Source: Spirochaetia bacterium (GTDB taxonomy: Bacteria; Spirochaetota; Spirochaetia; SZUA-6; Bin103). From it: 64,000 nucleotides of DNA. Where the stretch lies: positions 2,400,001-2,464,000 of the forward strand of contig OZ241863.1 of NCBI GenBank assembly GCA_965203055.1. Reading direction: 5' to 3'. The position numbers and the translations under genes are program-made. Below, one piece after another: positions 61,280 to 64,000 of this stretch (the stretch's first letter is position 1; each line of letters opens with the position of its first letter). The notes beneath the pieces are model-generated. The model ran no database searches. It was not told the DNA's origin and saw nothing but the letters and a program-made list of their open reading frames with translations.

Positions 61280-64000
61280 ATGGGCGCAGACGGCAGGGCA
61301 GCGGCGGCCGGCGAGGCGGAGCGGGCGGGCGGGTACGTGCCGCTGTGGTGCAAGAGCAACTTCTCGTTTCTGGAGGGCGCCAGCCACCCGGAGGAACTGG
61401 TAGGGCGCTGCCGGGAGCTCGGCATCCCTGCCCTGGCGCTGGCGGACCGGGACGGCATCTACGGGATGGCGCGCGCCCACGTGGCGGCCGGCGGCGGCGG
61501 CCCGCGCCTGATCATCGGCGCCCAGCTTACGGTGGTCGATTCCCCGGAGGAGGACGCTACCGGGGCTGGCGGCGGGGAGACCGAGACGGTCGTGCTGCTG
61601 GTGCAGTGCCGAGAGGGCTACGGCAACCTCTGCCGGCTCATCTCGCGCGGGCGGCTGCGCAGTCCCAAGGGTCAGTGCCGGGTAGGCTGGGAGGAGGCGT
61701 GCTCCCACGCCGGCGGCCTGATCGCCCTCCGGCAGGGCCGCCGGCTGCTGGCCGGGAGCGCCGCGGCCGGCTGGCGGCGGCGCGCCGTCCAACTCCGGGA
61801 GGCGTTCTCCGACCGCCTCTACGGGCTGGTCACGCGCCACCGGCTGCCTGACGACGCCGCGGTCGAACGGCGCCTGACGGCGTTGAGCCGCCGCCTCGCC
61901 ATTCCTCTGGCCGCCGCCACCGAGGTGCTCTACCACCACCGCGACCGGCGCCGGCTGCAGGACGTGGTCACCTGCATCCGCGGCCGCACCACGCTGCACG
62001 CCGCCGGCACGCTGCTGCGCCCCAACGCCGAGCACGCCCTCAAGTCGCCGGCGGCGTTCGCCCGCCTGTTCGCGGACCGCCCCGAGCTGATCGCCGCCAC
62101 CCGCGAGATCGCCGCCCGCTGCGCCTTCTCGCTCGCCGAACTGCGCTACCGCTACCCTTCCGAACGGCTGCCCGCGGGCCGCACCTCAGCCCAATGGCTG
62201 CGCCACCTTGCCTTCGCCGGGGCGCGCCGGCGCTACCGCGGCGCCGTTCCCGCGGCCGTCGCCCGGCAACTGCGCGCCGAGCTGGCGGTGATCGAGGATC
62301 TCGACTATTGCGGCTACTTCCTGACCATGTACGAGGTCGTCCGCTTCTGCCGAACGCAGCGGATCCCGTGTCAGGGCCGCGGCTCGGCGGCCAACTCCGC
62401 GGTGTGCTACTGCCTGGGCATCACCGCCATCGACCCGGTGCGCATGGACCTGCTGTTCGAGCGCTTCCTGTCCCGCGAGCGCGCCGAACCGCCTGACATC
62501 GACCTGGACATCGGCCACCGCCGGCGGGAGGAGGCGATTCAGTTCATGTACCGGAAGTATGGCCGCGAGCACGCCGCCATGGTCGCCAACGTGGTGCGCT
62601 ACCGCCCCCGATCCGCCCTCCGCGAGGTCGGCAAGACCCTCGCCATGCAGGCGACCGCGCTGGACCGGGCGGCGCGGCTCGTCTCCTACCACCACAGCGA
62701 CTTCCCGGTGGCGGTAGAGGACGCCTTGGAGCAGGCCGGCCTCGACCCCGCCAGCCCGCGGCACCGCGCCCTCGCCGAGTTGACGGGCCAGCTCGTCGAC
62801 TTCCCGCGCCACCTGTCGATCCACCCCGGCGGCTTTCTGCTCGGCAGCGAGCCGGTCACCACCCTGGTCCCGATCGAGAACGCCGCCATGGAGGGGCGCA
62901 CCGTCATCCAGTGGGACAAGTATGACGTCGAGGCCCTGGGCCTGTTCAAGGTGGACCTGCTCGGACTCGGCGCCCTCACCCACCTGGATAACGGCTTCGA
63001 CCTGATCCGGCGCCACTACCGGCGCAGCTACACCATGGCCACGGTGCCGGCCGACGACCCGGCGGTGTACGAGATGATCAGCGCCGGCGACACCGTGGGC
63101 GTGTTCCAGATCGAGAGCCGGGCGCAGATGTCGATGCTGCCGCGCCTGCGCCCGCGCCGCTTCTACGACTTGGTGATTCAGGTCGCGATCGTGCGCCCCG
63201 GACCGATCACCGGCGGCATGGTCCACCCCTTCCTGCGGCGCCGCAACGGCGACGAGCCGGTGGAGTATCCCCACCCCGCGCTGCGCCCGGTGCTGGCCAA
63301 GACGCTGGGGGTGCCGCTGTTCCAGGAACAGGTGATGAAGCTGGCGGTGGTGGCCGCCGACTACACCCCCGGCGAGGCGGATCAACTGCGCCGCGACATG
63401 GCCGCGTGGCGCCGTTCCGGCGCCATCGAGAAGCATGCCGGGCGGCTGATCTCGCGCATGCGGGCCAAGGGCATCCCCGGCGAGTTCGCCGCGCGCGTGT
63501 TCGACCAGATCCGCGGCTTCGGGGAATACGGCTTCCCGGAGTCGCACGCCGCCAGCTTCGCCCTGCTGGCGTACCTCACGGCCTGGCTCAAGCGCCACTA
63601 CCACGACGCGTTCAGCGCGGCGCTGCTCAACGCCTGGCCGATGGGATTCTACGCGCCGGCCACCATCGTCGACGACGCCCGCCGCCACGGCGTGACGGTG
63701 CTGCCGGTGGACGTGACCCGCAGCGCCTGGGAGTGCACCCTGGAGCCGGCGCCGCCGGGCGCGGCCGGGCGGCGCCGGCGCTGGCGCTGCGCGATACGCA
63801 TGGGGCTGCGCTACGTGCAGGGGCTGTCGGAAGGGCGCGGCGCGGCGATCGCCGCAGCGCGCGCCAAGCGGCCCTTCGCCTCGGTGGCGGACCTGGTGGA
63901 ACGCCTGCCCGAGCTGCCGCGGGACGTTCTGCTCCGGCTGGCCGAGAGCGGCGCGCTCAACGCCCTGGAGCTGGAGCGGCCCGGCGGCCCGGCGCGGCCC
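61280..64000 (+). CDS. dnaE2: Error-prone DNA polymerase DnaE2 (runs off window end)
   Basis: Manual translation: [56 protein letters not shown], all in one frame; absent from the ORF track because there is no stop. Confidence 0.95.
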   Translation, partial: MGADGRAAAAGEAERAGGYVPLWCKSNFSFLEGASHPEELVGRCRELGIPALALADRDGIYGMARAHVAAGGGGPRLIIGAQLTVVDSPEEDATGAGGGETETVVLLVQCREGYGNLCRLISRGRLRSPKGQCRVGWEEACSHAGGLIALRQGRRLLAGSAAAGWRRRAVQLREAFSDRLYGLVTRHRLPDDAAVERRLTALSRRLAIPLAAATEVLYHHRDRRRLQDVVTCIRGRTTLHAAGTLLRPNAEHALKSPAAFARLFADRPELIAATREIAARCAFSLAELRYRYPSERLPAGRTSAQWLRHLAFAGARRRYRGAVPAAVARQLRAELAVIEDLDYCGYFLTMYEVVRFCRTQRIPCQGRGSAANSAVCYCLGITAIDPVRMDLLFERFLSRERAEPPDIDLDIGHRRREEAIQFMYRKYGREHAAMVANVVRYRPRSALREVGKTLAMQATALDRAARLVSYHHSDFPVAVEDALEQAGLDPASPRHRALAELTGQLVDFPRHLSIHPGGFLLGSEPVTTLVPIENAAMEGRTVIQWDKYDVEALGLFKVDLLGLGALTHLDNGFDLIRRHYRRSYTMATVPADDPAVYEMISAGDTVGVFQIESRAQMSMLPRLRPRRFYDLVIQVAIVRPGPITGGMVHPFLRRRNGDEPVEYPHPALRPVLAKTLGVPLFQEQVMKLAVVAADYTPGEADQLRRDMAAWRRSGAIEKHAGRLISRMRAKGIPGEFAARVFDQIRGFGEYGFPESHAASFALLAYLTAWLKRHYHDAFSAALLNAWPMGFYAPATIVDDARRHGVTVLPVDVTRSAWECTLEPAPPGAAGRRRRWRCAIRMGLRYVQGLSEGRGAAIAAARAKRPFASVADLVERLPELPRDVLLRLAESGALNALELERPGGPARP

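Overview
High-GC bacterial chromosomal window. Gene order (mraZ-rsmH-ftsL-murF with no ftsI; DUF1820; DegT-like/nadK/recN) suggests Spirochaetota, and the PhyH, Uma2, Rpn and AAA expansions suggest a host-associated, possibly sponge-type, lineage (inference). 1-14.2 kb is housekeeping: dcw start, recN, nadK, pcm, tRNA-Ile, ahcY, adk, metG. About 14.3-57.2 kb is accessory and is bracketed by two paralogous GSGYTxAPTVTF-repeat lipoprotein genes, both frameshifted, one at a G12 tract. It contains an Rpn gene with an intragenic small-antitoxin start, a lower-GC two-gene cassette behind a ~200-nt structured leader, an RND pump, four PhyH dioxygenases, a DriD-like WYL regulator with a tandem-AAA ATPase, and a type I R-M locus stretched over ~14 kb by inserted genes. 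In that locus HsdS is fused to a minimal nucleotidyltransferase and preceded by a HEPN gene. The window ends in lexA-imuA-imuB-(Uma2)-dnaE2 with a shared CAGAC-N4-GTCTG operator. Best candidates for undescribed systems: the HEPN + MNT-HsdS fusion, the structured-leader two-gene cassette, the DriD-like/AAA module and the 2TM + lamin-tail-like pair. All family assignments are from motif recognition; no searches were run.
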